Assembly: GCA_045653425.1 (NCBI GenBank)
Contig: JAZOLU010000008.1
Location: 5,975 to 69,974 of the forward strand
Origin: Acutalibacteraceae bacterium
Lineage (GTDB): Bacteria > Bacillota > Clostridia > Oscillospirales > Acutalibacteraceae
Length of the DNA: 64,000 nt
Direction: 5' to 3'
Position numbers and translations under genes: made by a program. Positions 50,213 to 59,860 of the stretch are shown here, one piece after another (the first letter of the stretch is position 1; every line of letters begins with the position of its first letter). The notes beneath the pieces are model-generated. The model was not told where the DNA came from. It saw nothing but the letters and a program-made list of their open reading frames with translations, and searched no databases.

Positions 50213-50367
50213 TTGTGTGCCGTTTCGACGGTATTAGCACACGAATGGGTATATACTGGATGTCCACGATAAAAGAATACACCCAAAAAGCAGGATGATA
50301 TTTGTTGATATGTAACAAATTTTGTAAAAAATATTTTGTGAAGTTCAATTAAATTACCCAAATCTGC

Positions 50368-50397
50368 TTGACAGTGTGTGGATAAAGTTGGTAAAAT
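50368..50397 (+). promoter_or_regulatory. SigA-type extended -10 promoter for glgBCDA
   Basis: TTGACA (50368-50373), an 18-nt spacer, then TGgTAAAAT (-10 at 50392-50397). Confidence 0.6.
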
Positions 50398-50430
50398 AAC
50401 AATGAGGCATGGGAAAGGGAGAAAGGACGT

Positions 50431-52356
50431 ATGAGTGAATGTGCCGAAAAAGACCGCTTGCCGTTTGAGCAAGTGTTCTCACAAGAGCAATTTCGTGCGT
50501 ATGAGGTGCTGGGTTGCCATGCGTGCGCGGGTGGGTATGTGTTCCGCGTGTGGGCACCGCACGCCTGTTCCGTTTCTCTGGTGGGTGAATTTAACGGGTG
50601 GAACAGTGCCGCCTTGCCGTTATCCCGTGTGAGCGAGGATGGCATTTGGGAGTGTTTTACCGACCAAGTGCACGAATACGACACCTACAAATATTATGTG
50701 GTGGGTGCCGACGGCCGCGGCGTTATGAAATCCGACCCGTATGCGTATCATTTTGAAACACGGCCATCCACCGCTTCTCGCGTTTATACGCTGGAGGGGT
50801 ATGCGTGGCAGGACGAGGCGTGGCAGAAAGGAAAAGCTAAGCGGCCGTTGTACGATGCGCCGGTGAATATTTACGAAGTACACGCCGGTTCGTGGAAACG
50901 CTATCCCGACGGACACTTCTTTTCGTATGAAAAATTGGCGGAGGAATTGCTTCCGTACGTGTGCAATATGGGGTACACCCATATTGAATTGATGCCGCTC
51001 ACCGAATATCCCTTTGACGGTTCGTGGGGGTATCAGGTTACGGGGTATTATGCACCCACCTCGCGTTACGGCACACCGCACGACCTAATGCGGTTTGTGG
51101 ACCGGTGCCATCAGTGCGGTATCGGCGTTATTATGGACTGGGTACCGGGTCACTTTCCCAAGGACGAATACGGGTTGTATCGGTTTGATGGCGAGGCGTG
51201 CTATGAGTACGCCGACCTGCGCAAAGGTGAACACAAACGTTGGGGTACTTGTGTGTTTGACTATGGTCGCCCCGAAGTACGCAGTTTTCTTATTTCCAAC
51301 GCCCTGTTTTGGTTGGAAAAGTACCATATTGACGGTATTCGGGTGGACGCAGTTGCATCGATGTTGTATTTGGATTATGACCGCAACGAGGGCGAATGGT
51401 TGCCCAATTGCCACGGCGGGCGCGAAAACTTGGAAGCCATTGACTTTTTACAAAAACTTAACGAGTCGGTATTCGCGGCGTACCCGCACACTATGATGAT
51501 TGCGGAGGAATCCACGGCGTGGCCGCTGGTGTCTCACCCCACAAGCGAGGGCGGGTTGGGGTTCAATTTCAAATGGAATATGGGTTGGATGAACGATATG
51601 CTGCGGTATGTGTCGCTGGACCCGTTGTATCGCAGCGGCAATCACAACGCCCTAACGTTTTCGTTCTTTTATGCGTTTTCGGAAAATTTTGTATTGCCCA
51701 TATCGCACGACGAAGTGGTGCACGGCAAATGCTCACTGATTAACAAAATGCCCGGCGAATATCCGCAAAAATTTGCAGGGGTACGCCTGTTTTTGGCGTA
51801 TATGATGGCGCATCCCGGCAAAAAACTTACGTTTATGGGCACAGAGTTTGGACAGTTTATTGAATGGAATTACGAACAGGAATTGGACTGGCTGCTGCTG
51901 GATTACCCGGCGCACCGTGAACTGCAACAATTCACTCGCGAACTAAATCATTTTTATCGCCGTACGGCACCGTTGTGGGAAAATGATTTTTCGTGGGAGG
52001 GATTTTCGTGGATTGCCAATGACGATGCGGCGCAAAGTGTGATTGCGTTTCGTCGCATTGACCGTCGCGGCAAAGAAGTGATTGCCGTGTGCAATTTCAC
52101 ACCCGTACAACGTGAGGAGTATCGAATTGGTGTGCCGTTTTATGGTGTGTATGAGGAAGTGTTCACCACGGATGCCGCGGTATTTGGCGGCAGCGGCGTG
52201 GCAAATGGTACAGTTACTGCGGCGCAGGTGCCGCTGCACGGATGTGAGCAATCGGTGTCGCTCACTTTACCGCCGCTTGCGGTTGTTTTTCTAAAATGCA
52301 AACGGCGGTTGCCGTTGCCCAAAAGCCATAAAACCACTCAAAAATCAAAGACTTGA
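50431..52356 (+). CDS. glgB: 1,4-alpha-glucan branching enzyme
   Basis: GH13 catalytic motifs [19 protein letters not shown] and SHDEV. 641 aa. Confidence 0.96.
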   Translation: MSECAEKDRLPFEQVFSQEQFRAYEVLGCHACAGGYVFRVWAPHACSVSLVGEFNGWNSAALPLSRVSEDGIWECFTDQVHEYDTYKYYVVGADGRGVMKSDPYAYHFETRPSTASRVYTLEGYAWQDEAWQKGKAKRPLYDAPVNIYEVHAGSWKRYPDGHFFSYEKLAEELLPYVCNMGYTHIELMPLTEYPFDGSWGYQVTGYYAPTSRYGTPHDLMRFVDRCHQCGIGVIMDWVPGHFPKDEYGLYRFDGEACYEYADLRKGEHKRWGTCVFDYGRPEVRSFLISNALFWLEKYHIDGIRVDAVASMLYLDYDRNEGEWLPNCHGGRENLEAIDFLQKLNESVFAAYPHTMMIAEESTAWPLVSHPTSEGGLGFNFKWNMGWMNDMLRYVSLDPLYRSGNHNALTFSFFYAFSENFVLPISHDEVVHGKCSLINKMPGEYPQKFAGVRLFLAYMMAHPGKKLTFMGTEFGQFIEWNYEQELDWLLLDYPAHRELQQFTRELNHFYRRTAPLWENDFSWEGFSWIANDDAAQSVIAFRRIDRRGKEVIAVCNFTPVQREEYRIGVPFYGVYEEVFTTDAAVFGGSGVANGTVTAAQVPLHGCEQSVSLTLPPLAVVFLKCKRRLPLPKSHKTTQKSKT

Positions 52357-52372
52357 AGGAGGTCTTTTTTGT

Positions 52373-53590
52373 ATGTTTCGTAAGCAGGAATGTGTAGCGA
52401 TGTTGCTGGCGGGAGGACAGGGAAGCCGCTTGTATGCGCTTACCAAAAACGTGGCAAAACCGGCAGTCCCTTATGGCGGCAAGTATCGTATTATTGATTT
52501 TCCGCTGTCCAACTGTGTTAACTCGGGTATTGAAACCGTGGGCGTACTTACCCAGTATCAGCCGTTGGAACTAAGCGATTATATTGGTTCGGGGCAGCCG
52601 TGGGATTTGGACCGAATGGAAGCGGGGGTGCATTTGTTGCCGCCGTACCAGCGCAACAAGGGCGCAGACTGGTACAAAGGCACCGCCAACGCCATTTATC
52701 AAAATATGGTATTTATTGAGCGCTACGACCCCGAATACGTGCTGGTGTTATCGGGCGACCATATTTACAAAATGGATTATTCGCAAATGATTGCGCAACA
52801 TAAGCACACCAACGCGGACTGCACCATTGCGGTGATTGAGGTGGAACTGTCTGAAGCCAGCCGTTTTGGTATTCTTAACACCAACGAAGATGGTTCCATT
52901 TACGAATTTGACGAAAAGCCCGCCGTGCCCAAGAGCAACTTGGCATCCATGGGCATTTACGTGTTTAATTGGAAAAAGTTAAAGCATTATTTGGAAGAGG
53001 ACGAAAAGAACAAGAAATCGCAAAACGATTTTGGCAAAAACGTTTTGCCGGCTATGTTGGCCGCCGGTGAGCGGATGTTTGCTTACCGTTTTGAAGGGTA
53101 CTGGAAAGACGTAGGAACCATTGATAGTTTGTGGGAAGCCAATATGGATTTGCTGAACCCCAAAGTACCGCTGGATTTATCAGATGATACGTGGCGCATT
53201 TATTCCCGCACACCGGGACTGCCGCCGCATCATCTCGGTCCTACCGCCGCCGTGCAGAATAGTATGATATCGCAAGGCGGCAACATACACGGTCGGGTGG
53301 AATCCTCGCTTTTGTTTGCGGGTGTAACCATAGAGGAGGGCGCACAGGTGCGCGATTCCATTATTATGCCGGGCGTAACGGTAGAACGCGGCGCGGTAGT
53401 ACAATATGCCATTGTAGCAGAGGACGCCCGCATCGGTGCAAACGCCGTGGTGGGTGAACTGCCGGAGGAGGTCGCCTCGCTGGATAACTGGGGTGTGGCG
53501 GTGGTTGCCTCCGGTGTAACGGTGGAAGCAGGTTGTCGGGTGCCGGCCAAAGCGATGATTGACAGCGATGTAAAAAAGGAGGAAGCGTGA
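52373..53590 (+). CDS. glgC: Glucose-1-phosphate adenylyltransferase, catalytic subunit
   Basis: LAGGQGSRL nucleotide-binding motif, GTANAIYQN, and a C-terminal left-handed beta-helix. Confidence 0.95.
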   Translation: MFRKQECVAMLLAGGQGSRLYALTKNVAKPAVPYGGKYRIIDFPLSNCVNSGIETVGVLTQYQPLELSDYIGSGQPWDLDRMEAGVHLLPPYQRNKGADWYKGTANAIYQNMVFIERYDPEYVLVLSGDHIYKMDYSQMIAQHKHTNADCTIAVIEVELSEASRFGILNTNEDGSIYEFDEKPAVPKSNLASMGIYVFNWKKLKHYLEEDEKNKKSQNDFGKNVLPAMLAAGERMFAYRFEGYWKDVGTIDSLWEANMDLLNPKVPLDLSDDTWRIYSRTPGLPPHHLGPTAAVQNSMISQGGNIHGRVESSLLFAGVTIEEGAQVRDSIIMPGVTVERGAVVQYAIVAEDARIGANAVVGELPEEVASLDNWGVAVVASGVTVEAGCRVPAKAMIDSDVKKEEA

Positions 53591-53591
53591 G

Positions 53592-54704
53592 ATGCGTTAT
53601 CATACCACACTCGGTTTGTTGTTTTCCAATATGCACGACGATGTCTTGCCGGAATTCACCGGCATTCGCGCCATTGGTTCGGTACCGTTTGGCGGGCGAT
53701 ATCGGTTAATTGATTTTGCGCTGTCCAACTTGGTTAACGCCGGTGTTTCTAAGGTAGGCGTTGTTACCAAAAGCAACTACCAATCGTTAATGGACCACTT
53801 GGGCTCGGGGAAATCGTGGGATTTATCGCGAAAAACGGAGGGGTTGTATTTTCTGCCGCCGTTTGGTGCAGGGGAGGCGGATTACGATGGGCGCATCTCC
53901 TCGCTTTCGGGGATTATGCCGTTTTTACGCAATTCCAAAGAGGAATACGTTATCTTATCCGACTGTCATTTTGTGGGCAACATCGATTACCGCCGCTTGA
54001 TTGACGCACACGTGGAGAGCGGGGCGGAGATTACCATAGCGTGTTGCAGCGGTGAATTGCCGCGCAATATGGCATCGCCGGTGATAATTGCCGACGAGAG
54101 CGGGCGTATTGAGGATATGATTATTACCGACCACGCCGACGGCAGTGTGACTTACGGTTTGGGGTTGTACATTTTGTCGCGCCAATTGCTGATGCAGCTT
54201 GTAGACAGTGCCGTGAGCCGCAATTTGCGCAGTTTTGAATGGGATATTTTGCAACGCAACGTGGCAACACATCGCTTTTATGCATACCACGTACCGGAAT
54301 ATACACAAGTGATTTCATCGTTGGAAAGCTATTTTCAAGCCAACTATGCACTGTTGGATGCCGCAGTACGCGAAAAGTTGTTTGTGAGTAGCCGTCCCAT
54401 TTACACCAAGGTGCGCGATTGTGCGCCCGCTTTGTACGGTCTGCACGCCGAGGTAACCGATTCGCTGATTGCCGACGGTTGTAAAATTGAGGGCACCGTA
54501 CGCAATTCCATTTTGTTCCGCAACGTGCGTGTAGCGCGTGATGCGGTGGTGGACCATTGCATTTTAATGCAGGGCAGTATGATTGGTGCGGGCAGTCATT
54601 TGGATTATGTCATTACGGATAAATACGTGTGTGTGCGTGATAGACGGTCACTGCAAGGGTGTGACGGGTATCCCGTAACGGTTCGCAAAAACACGATGGT
54701 ATAA
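53592..54704 (+). CDS. glgD: Glucose-1-phosphate adenylyltransferase, GlgD subunit
   Basis: A GlgC paralog lacking the GGxGxRL motif (it has FGGRYRLIDF). Its position between glgC and glgA matches Firmicute glg operons. Confidence 0.9.
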   Translation: MRYHTTLGLLFSNMHDDVLPEFTGIRAIGSVPFGGRYRLIDFALSNLVNAGVSKVGVVTKSNYQSLMDHLGSGKSWDLSRKTEGLYFLPPFGAGEADYDGRISSLSGIMPFLRNSKEEYVILSDCHFVGNIDYRRLIDAHVESGAEITIACCSGELPRNMASPVIIADESGRIEDMIITDHADGSVTYGLGLYILSRQLLMQLVDSAVSRNLRSFEWDILQRNVATHRFYAYHVPEYTQVISSLESYFQANYALLDAAVREKLFVSSRPIYTKVRDCAPALYGLHAEVTDSLIADGCKIEGTVRNSILFRNVRVARDAVVDHCILMQGSMIGAGSHLDYVITDKYVCVRDRRSLQGCDGYPVTVRKNTMV

Positions 54705-54727
54705 TGTTAGCGGAGGGAGGAAGAAAA

Positions 54728-56152
54728 ATGAAGGTATTGTACGCAACCAGCGAAGCGCATCCGTTTGCCGCCTCCGGTGGATTGGCGGATGTAGCCGGTT
54801 CTTTGCCCCGCGCATTGCGCACCCGCTTGGTGGGGTGCCGCGTGGTGATGCCGCTATACGAAGCCGTGCCGCAGGAATTGCGGGAGGGTATGACCTTTCT
54901 TACCAGTTTTTCGGTACCGGTGGCGTGGCGCCGTCAATATTGCGGTGTGTTTGAGGCAAAGCATAATGGGGTTATTTACTATTTGTTGGATAATCAGTAT
55001 TATTTTAAGCGTCCCGGTTTGTACGGGCATTACGACGATGCGGAACGGTTTGCCTTTTTCTCTCGCGCGGTGTTGGAGATGTTGCAGTATATTGATTTTA
55101 AGCCGGACATTTTGCACGCCAACGATTGGCAGTGTGCTTTAATCCCCACGTATCACACACTGTTTTACGCGCAATCAGAACCGTACCGTTCTATGAAAAC
55201 GGTGTACACCATTCATAACATTCAGTACCAGGGCAAATACGGGCTGGAAATTATGGAAGACGTGTTCGGTCTGCCGGCGGAAGCACGCGATTTTGTGGAG
55301 CAAGATGGGTGTCTTAACTTGATGAAAGCGGGTATTGAGGCGGCTAACCGAGTAACCACCGTGAGCAATACCTATGCCAAAGAGATTTTGGACCCGTGGT
55401 ATTCGCATGGACTGGATTCCATTTTGAAACTGCGCGAATGGAAGTTGTCGGGTATTCTTAACGGGATTGACACCGTGGCGTACAATCCGGAAACCGACCC
55501 GGCTTTGTACGCCCCGTATTCGGCAGAGGATATTTCCGGCAAAGCGGAAAACAAACGTGCCTTGCAGGAACGGCTGGGTTTACCGGTGCGTTCGGATGTG
55601 CCGCTTATCGGTATGGTCAGCCGCTTGGCATCGCACAAGGGGTTCGACTTGGTAAAGCACGTGCAGGAGCAGTTGTTGCAAGAGGATGTGCAAATGGTTA
55701 TTCTGGGTTCGGGCGAATGGACGTACGAAACCTTTTTCCGCGAAATGCAGGGAAAATATCCGCAAAAATTCAGTTTTTGCTCCGGTTTTGTGCCGGAATT
55801 GGCGCAAAAAATTTATGCAGCATCGGATTTGTTCTTAATGCCATCACAAAGCGAACCGTGTGGGTTATCGCAAATGATAGCGTGTCGCTACGGGGCAGTC
55901 CCCATTGTGCGGGAAACCGGCGGGCTCAAAGATTCTATCCACGATTTGGGCGACGGCGAAGGCAATGGGTTTACGTTCCAAACTTACAATGCCGACGATA
56001 TGCTGCACGCCATTCACCGTGGCTTGGGGGCGTACCATAACAAGTTGCATTGGGGTGGCATTGTGAAACGTGCCATGCAGTGCGATTTCAGTTGGGGCCG
56101 CTCGGCAAACGAGTACATTCGTTTGTACAAATCACTGTTAAAAGAAGAATAA
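54728..56152 (+). CDS. glgA: Glycogen synthase (ADP-glucose type)
   Basis: MKVLYATSEAHPFAASGGLADV (KxGGL-type motif region), and the C-terminal GT5 motif PSQSEPCGLSQM. Confidence 0.95.
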   Translation: MKVLYATSEAHPFAASGGLADVAGSLPRALRTRLVGCRVVMPLYEAVPQELREGMTFLTSFSVPVAWRRQYCGVFEAKHNGVIYYLLDNQYYFKRPGLYGHYDDAERFAFFSRAVLEMLQYIDFKPDILHANDWQCALIPTYHTLFYAQSEPYRSMKTVYTIHNIQYQGKYGLEIMEDVFGLPAEARDFVEQDGCLNLMKAGIEAANRVTTVSNTYAKEILDPWYSHGLDSILKLREWKLSGILNGIDTVAYNPETDPALYAPYSAEDISGKAENKRALQERLGLPVRSDVPLIGMVSRLASHKGFDLVKHVQEQLLQEDVQMVILGSGEWTYETFFREMQGKYPQKFSFCSGFVPELAQKIYAASDLFLMPSQSEPCGLSQMIACRYGAVPIVRETGGLKDSIHDLGDGEGNGFTFQTYNADDMLHAIHRGLGAYHNKLHWGGIVKRAMQCDFSWGRSANEYIRLYKSLLKEE

Positions 56153-56160
56153 GTAGCGCA

Positions 56161-56193
56161 AAAAACGGAGTGAGGCCATCACTCCGTTTTTTG
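56161..56193 (+). terminator. Intrinsic terminator after glgA
   Basis: A 9-bp stem acggagtga/tcactccgt followed by TTTTTGTG. Confidence 0.8.
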
Positions 56194-56215
56194 TGAGAGA
56201 AATGTGTAGGAAAGG

Positions 56216-56244
56216 TTGAAAACTGTCGCAGAATTCGGTATAAT
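56216..56244 (+). promoter_or_regulatory. SigA-type promoter for the GT2-GtrA gene
   Basis: TTGAAA (56216-56221), a 17-nt spacer, then TATAAT (56239-56244). Confidence 0.65.
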
Positions 56245-56264
56245 CAAATACAAGAGGTGGAAGT

Positions 56265-57326
56265 ATGGAAGTAAATGGTCAGGTATGTGTGATTATACCT
56301 TCGCTTAATCCCGATGAAAAGTTGTTACAGTTGCTGGGCGACTTGCGTGCTGCGCAGTTTGAACACATTGTGTTGGTGAACGACGGCAGCGCACCGGAGT
56401 ACGACTGTTTCTTTGAAGAAGCACGTACAACCTATGGCTGCACAGTGCTGAAACACGCGGTGAATCAGGGAAAAGGCCGTGCTATGAAAACGGCGTTTCA
56501 TCACCTGTTATGCGCCCAAACGCCGTGTGCGGCGGCAGTGGCGGTGGATGCAGATGGCCAGCACCGCGTGGCAGATATTCAGGCCGTGGCGGCACAAACA
56601 CTGGCGCACCCTGAATCGTTAATTATGGGATGTCGCGATTTTAGCAGTAAACAAACCGATATTCCCGCGCGCAGTCGGTTCGGCAACGTGTTAACCAGTC
56701 GGTTGTTGCGGTTGTTGTGCGGTATCACTCTGTCGGACACACAAACCGGCTTGCGCGGCTTTTCCGCGCCGCTAATGCGGCGGTTCCTCGCCACTAAGGG
56801 CGAGCGGTATGAGTTTGAGATGAATATGATTTTGGATGCCAAATCTTCCTCCATCCCCTTAATAGAGGTGCCCATAGAAACGGTATATATTGAGGATAAT
56901 CGCTCCTCGCATTTTAACCCGTTAGTCGATTCCCTACGCATTTATGCCGTGTTTGCCAAGTTTTTGGCAGCATCACTGTCCTCGTTTGCGGTGGATATGC
57001 TGCTATACACCTTGTTTTACAAACTGTTTGCCGGCGTGGCGGAAAAAGAACTGGCGATCATTATTGCCGTGTATGCGGCGCGGGTGCTTTCTTCACTGTT
57101 TAACTACACCGTTAACCGCAACGGCGTGTTCAAAAGCCATGCCGGTGGCGGCAGCATCGTGCGGTATGCGGTATTGTGCGTGGCGCAAGTTACCGTATCG
57201 GCTTTTGCAACCAGCACGTTGTTTGCACTCACAGGGTGGGGACAAACGTTCTGGAAACTGGTCGTAGACATTATACTGTTTTTGGTTAGTTTCCGCATCC
57301 AGCGTGGTTGGGTGTTTCGGACATAA
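56265..57326 (+). CDS. Glycosyltransferase family 2 fused to a GtrA-like membrane domain
   Basis: N-terminal GT-A fold (VIIPSLNPDE..., VDADGQH). The C-terminal four-TM region has the GtrA-like RYAVLCV...SF..QRGWVF pattern. Confidence 0.8.
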   Translation: MEVNGQVCVIIPSLNPDEKLLQLLGDLRAAQFEHIVLVNDGSAPEYDCFFEEARTTYGCTVLKHAVNQGKGRAMKTAFHHLLCAQTPCAAAVAVDADGQHRVADIQAVAAQTLAHPESLIMGCRDFSSKQTDIPARSRFGNVLTSRLLRLLCGITLSDTQTGLRGFSAPLMRRFLATKGERYEFEMNMILDAKSSSIPLIEVPIETVYIEDNRSSHFNPLVDSLRIYAVFAKFLAASLSSFAVDMLLYTLFYKLFAGVAEKELAIIIAVYAARVLSSLFNYTVNRNGVFKSHAGGGSIVRYAVLCVAQVTVSAFATSTLFALTGWGQTFWKLVVDIILFLVSFRIQRGWVFRT

Positions 57327-57433
57327 GAAGAACCCGACCCGCCGGTTGCAATTAAAATTGCGGGCGGGTACCCCGGAACCTTGTTGCTTTCGCAATAAAA
57401 CGCCCGTCCGGTTGGACGGGCATTTTGTGAGCA

Positions 57434-58102
57434 TTATATGTTTCCCAATCGGTTTTCCGCGCTTTTTAACAAAGCGAGTAGTGAAGCGGAAAAAAGCGGA
57501 TATACTTTGGTTAGTTCTTTGGGCGACAGGGCAGGGACTTTGCTGTGTTGCAAAGCTTCGGGTGCCAGCAACGTAATGCGTGCAGCACCAACGCTCATTG
57601 CTCCGGCGGCGGCGGGCTGGTATAGTTTTTTCGGCACGTCAAACAGAGCGGCGGGATTGCGGTTATCCGCCCCGTATAACGCACGGAACACGGTGTAAAC
57701 GGCTAAATTCAAGTATGCGGTTACTTCGGTGGTCAAATCTTTGCTGTCGTACCGTTGCAGCAATCCAAACAACAGGTTTACGGCATTAAGTATCAGTTTT
57801 TTGTTCAGTATCGGCAAAGTGCTGCCCGTGACCTGGTCCTCGTTGGCGTCACCCTCCGGTATTTCCTCCACAGAAATGGTGGCACCGGATTTGTCTGCGG
57901 TACGTCCCAGCAGATAATCACAAGAAACGCCGTAAAAATCCGCTACGCGCACCACAAACTCCAACCCGCATTCGCGGATACCGCGTTCGTAGTGAGAAAG
58001 CAGTGCCTGTGAAATTTTGAGCGAGGCAGCTGCCTCCTTTTGGCTGATGCCGCGCTCCTTGCGCAGCAATGTCAGCACACGGTGAAACGATGTGGTTACC
58101 AT
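57434..58102 (-). CDS. XRE-family helix-turn-helix transcriptional regulator
   Basis: N-terminal HTH_3 pattern LRKERGISQKEAAASLKISQALLSHYERGIRE. I do not recognise the C-terminal domain. Confidence 0.8.
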   Translation of the reverse strand: MVTTSFHRVLTLLRKERGISQKEAAASLKISQALLSHYERGIRECGLEFVVRVADFYGVSCDYLLGRTADKSGATISVEEIPEGDANEDQVTGSTLPILNKKLILNAVNLLFGLLQRYDSKDLTTEVTAYLNLAVYTVFRALYGADNRNPAALFDVPKKLYQPAAAGAMSVGAARITLLAPEALQHSKVPALSPKELTKVYPLFSASLLALLKSAENRLGNI

Positions 58103-58218
58103 AGCGATTCTCCTATGAAACGGGCGAAAACGCCCGAAATTATACAGTGCGTTTTCGATTATAACTCAAATGTTACAATTTGTAAACCCCAAAATGTCGG
58201 TTTTGAAAGGGAATTTTT

Positions 58219-58842
58219 ATGAAAAGTTACAAAATTCATCTCATTCGGCACGGATTAACGGAGGCAAATGAGAAGGGATTGTATATCGGATTGACGGATT
58301 TGCCGTTGTCTGCGCGGGGCCTGCGAGACTTGTTGGATAAAAAAGAGGAAGCGGATTATCCCACCGCCACGCGGTTTTACACCAGCCCGCTTACGCGTTG
58401 CCGACAAACGTTGGAGGTGTTGTATCCCGGTTGTCAACCGGAGGTGATTGCGGGGCTGGCGGAGTGTGATTTTGGCAAATGGGATGGGCGTAGTGCGGCG
58501 GACTTGCAAAATGACGAAGCGTTCTGCCGCTGGATTTCGGGTGAGGAGAAGCGTATTCCCGACGGTGAGGATACCGAGGTATTTCAACAACGGGTTATGG
58601 CTGCTTTTGAATCGCTGGTGGAGGATGTGATGCGGCACGGCGACAGTGATACAGTGGTGTGTACACACGGCGGCGTTATTATGCTGATAATGGCGGCCTA
58701 TGCCTTGCCGCGTGCGGATATTTCCGCCTGGGGGACAGAAAGCGGATGCGGGTTTACCTTGCGCATTACGCCAAGTTTATGGATGCGTGAACCGGTAGCG
58801 GAGGCCATTGGTTACGTGCCGCTGGTGCCGGTAACAGAATAA
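58219..58842 (+). CDS. Histidine phosphatase family protein (PGM/CobC-like)
   Basis: Catalytic LIRHGLTEAN (RHG) motif near the N-terminus and a second His in VVCTHGGV. Confidence 0.85.
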   Translation: MKSYKIHLIRHGLTEANEKGLYIGLTDLPLSARGLRDLLDKKEEADYPTATRFYTSPLTRCRQTLEVLYPGCQPEVIAGLAECDFGKWDGRSAADLQNDEAFCRWISGEEKRIPDGEDTEVFQQRVMAAFESLVEDVMRHGDSDTVVCTHGGVIMLIMAAYALPRADISAWGTESGCGFTLRITPSLWMREPVAEAIGYVPLVPVTE

Positions 58843-58844
58843 TC

Positions 58845-58884
58845 ATAAAAAGCAACCGCCCGATGTGAACTCACATCGGGCGGT
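58845..58884 (-). terminator. Intrinsic terminator, stronger on the minus strand
   Basis: A 13-bp stem accgcccgatgtg/cacatcgggcggt (58855-58867/58872-58884). On the minus strand it is followed by TGCTTTTTAT. On the plus strand the tail is only ACTGCTTTGTG. Confidence 0.7.
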
Positions 58885-58885
58885 A

Positions 58886-59092
58886 CTGCTTTGTGTAGGC
58901 CCCGCTCTGCCGTAATGTCCTCCGGTTAACCTGCTACTAACGAAGCAGGTGGGTGCCGTCCCACCGGGTTCACGCTCCCTTCGTCCCGCCACGGCGGGGA
59001 GGTCTGCAATCTGCCGGCGGAGCACAGCTCCCGTAATCACAGTGTAGTAGGGTTAAAAGAGGATGGTCCGCGCACAGAGCAGGGGGTACGGC
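58886..59092 (-). ncRNA. Candidate structured ncRNA or 3'UTR element of unknown class, downstream of DUF1292
   Basis: GC-rich non-coding gap between convergent genes. About 28 bp of long-range pairing joins 58900-58939 to 59045-59085. This encloses three local hairpins (58948-58965, 58985-58998, 59019-59031). The strand was chosen from the terminator U-tract and is not certain. Confidence 0.4.
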
Positions 59093-59395
59093 TTACGGTT
59101 CCAGTTCTTCTACTTCGTACAGTTCCGACAAGCGTTCCTCAAAAATTTGAGCAATTTCCTCAAACTCGTCATCATCCTCAATGGGAAGAAGCAGGTCTTC
59201 GCCGTTTTCTTCTTTTACGGTTAAAATCACCAATTCACCGTCGTCGTTTACCAGGTCGGCGGGGTTGTCATACACCGGTACCAAGGCGACGTAACGGCCG
59301 TCGTCGGTTTCAATCGCATCCAGAATTTCAAACTGGTGTTGATTGCCTTCGTCGTCTACCACTGTTACCAAATCGTTTCCGTATTCCTCAGACAT
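59093..59395 (-). CDS. DUF1292 family protein
   Basis: Acidic protein of about 100 aa. ...VTVVDDEGNQHQFEILDAIETDDGRYVALVP...DGELVILTV... matches the DUF1292 (YrzB-like) pattern. The start is placed downstream of the mapped promoter. Confidence 0.8.
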   Translation of the reverse strand: MSEEYGNDLVTVVDDEGNQHQFEILDAIETDDGRYVALVPVYDNPADLVNDDGELVILTVKEENGEDLLLPIEDDDEFEEIAQIFEERLSELYEVEELEP

Positions 59396-59438
59396 TTTCA
59401 TTCTCCGTTCTTTCATTACTTTGAATTCCTGTAATTTA

Positions 59439-59467
59439 ATATTACCTTGTTTTTGCATTTTCGTCAA
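59439..59467 (-). promoter_or_regulatory. SigA-type promoter for the DUF1292 gene
   Basis: Minus strand: TTGACG (59467-59462), a 17-nt spacer, then TAATAT (59444-59439). Confidence 0.55.
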
Positions 59468-59535
59468 GCCAAAACTTGGCGAATTGTGTCGCTGTCAAAA
59501 CCAATAAAAAATATTAACTTTTTAACAAAAAACTA

Positions 59536-59564
59536 TTGACAATACACAAAGGGTGTGGTATAGT
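59536..59564 (+). promoter_or_regulatory. Near-consensus SigA promoter with extended -10 and an UP-like A/T tract
   Basis: TTGACA (59536-59541), a 17-nt spacer, then TGgTATAGT (-10 at 59559-59564). About 45 nt of A/T-rich sequence lies directly upstream of the -35 element. Confidence 0.7.
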
Positions 59565-59612
59565 ATAGATGACAAAAGGAAAGAGAGAAAATGACGAGAA
59601 CCGAAAGAAAGA

Positions 59613-59795
59613 GGTGAGTCCCGTGAACTAAGCACCGGAACCCACAAAATGAAGTAAAGGTGAGTCCGATGGTTTGTTAACGAGATGTATTTTCCAAAAA
59701 ATTATACAGCCTATCGCAAAGAAAGGGTAAGGTGAGTCCCGTGGGTCAAGAGGTAGAGCGTACTCTACGAAATTAAAGAAAAGGTGAGTCCCATG
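59613..59795 (+). repeat. Four dispersed direct repeats GGTGAGTCC(C/G)(G/A)TG, each preceded by a purine tract
   Basis: Copies at 59613-59625, 59659-59671, 59731-59743 and 59783-59795, with spacings of 46, 72 and 52 nt. Each ends in GTG or ATG and opens a mini-ORF: 59623-59631 (MN), 59669-59680 (MVC), 59741-59776 (MGQEVERTLRN) and 59793-59810 (MHLNV). Confidence 0.85.
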
Positions 59796-59860
59796 CACTT
59801 AAACGTTTAGTAACCCTTTTTGTAGACTGTGAACCAAATATTAAAGAAAGAGAGTTAACC

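Noticed and set aside
50214-50367. An inverted repeat ATTTGTT-N7-AACAAAT and a TTTCGAC element upstream of glgB, considered as cre/CcpA or Spo0A operator sites.
   Set aside because: The palindrome lacks the central CG of cre sites. The 0A-box match is partial, and by eye neither rises above chance in an AT-rich spacer.
58886-59092. Possible identity of the structured element as SRP (4.5S/scRNA), 6S RNA, tmRNA, RNase P RNA, a c-di-AMP (ydaO) riboswitch or a guanidine-I (ykkC) riboswitch.
   Set aside because: - There is no GGAAGCAGC-type SRP domain IV motif.
- There is no tRNA-like end or T-loop for tmRNA.
- It is too short, and lacks GAGGAAAGUCC, for RNase P.
- The riboswitch-like fragments are only partial matches, and no gene lies downstream on either strand.
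- A 6S-like fold cannot be excluded by eye, so the element is left as unknown class rather than named.
59613-59795. The four 13-nt repeats with variable spacers might be a mini-CRISPR array or a type III toxin-antitoxin (ToxI-like) antitoxin RNA array followed by a terminator and a toxin gene.
   Set aside because: The repeats are only 13 nt long, have irregular spacings (46, 72 and 52 nt) and have no cas genes nearby. ToxI-type arrays are near-identical full-length tandem units abutting each other. The downstream genes are TSUP permease halves, not ToxN/AbiQ-like nucleases.
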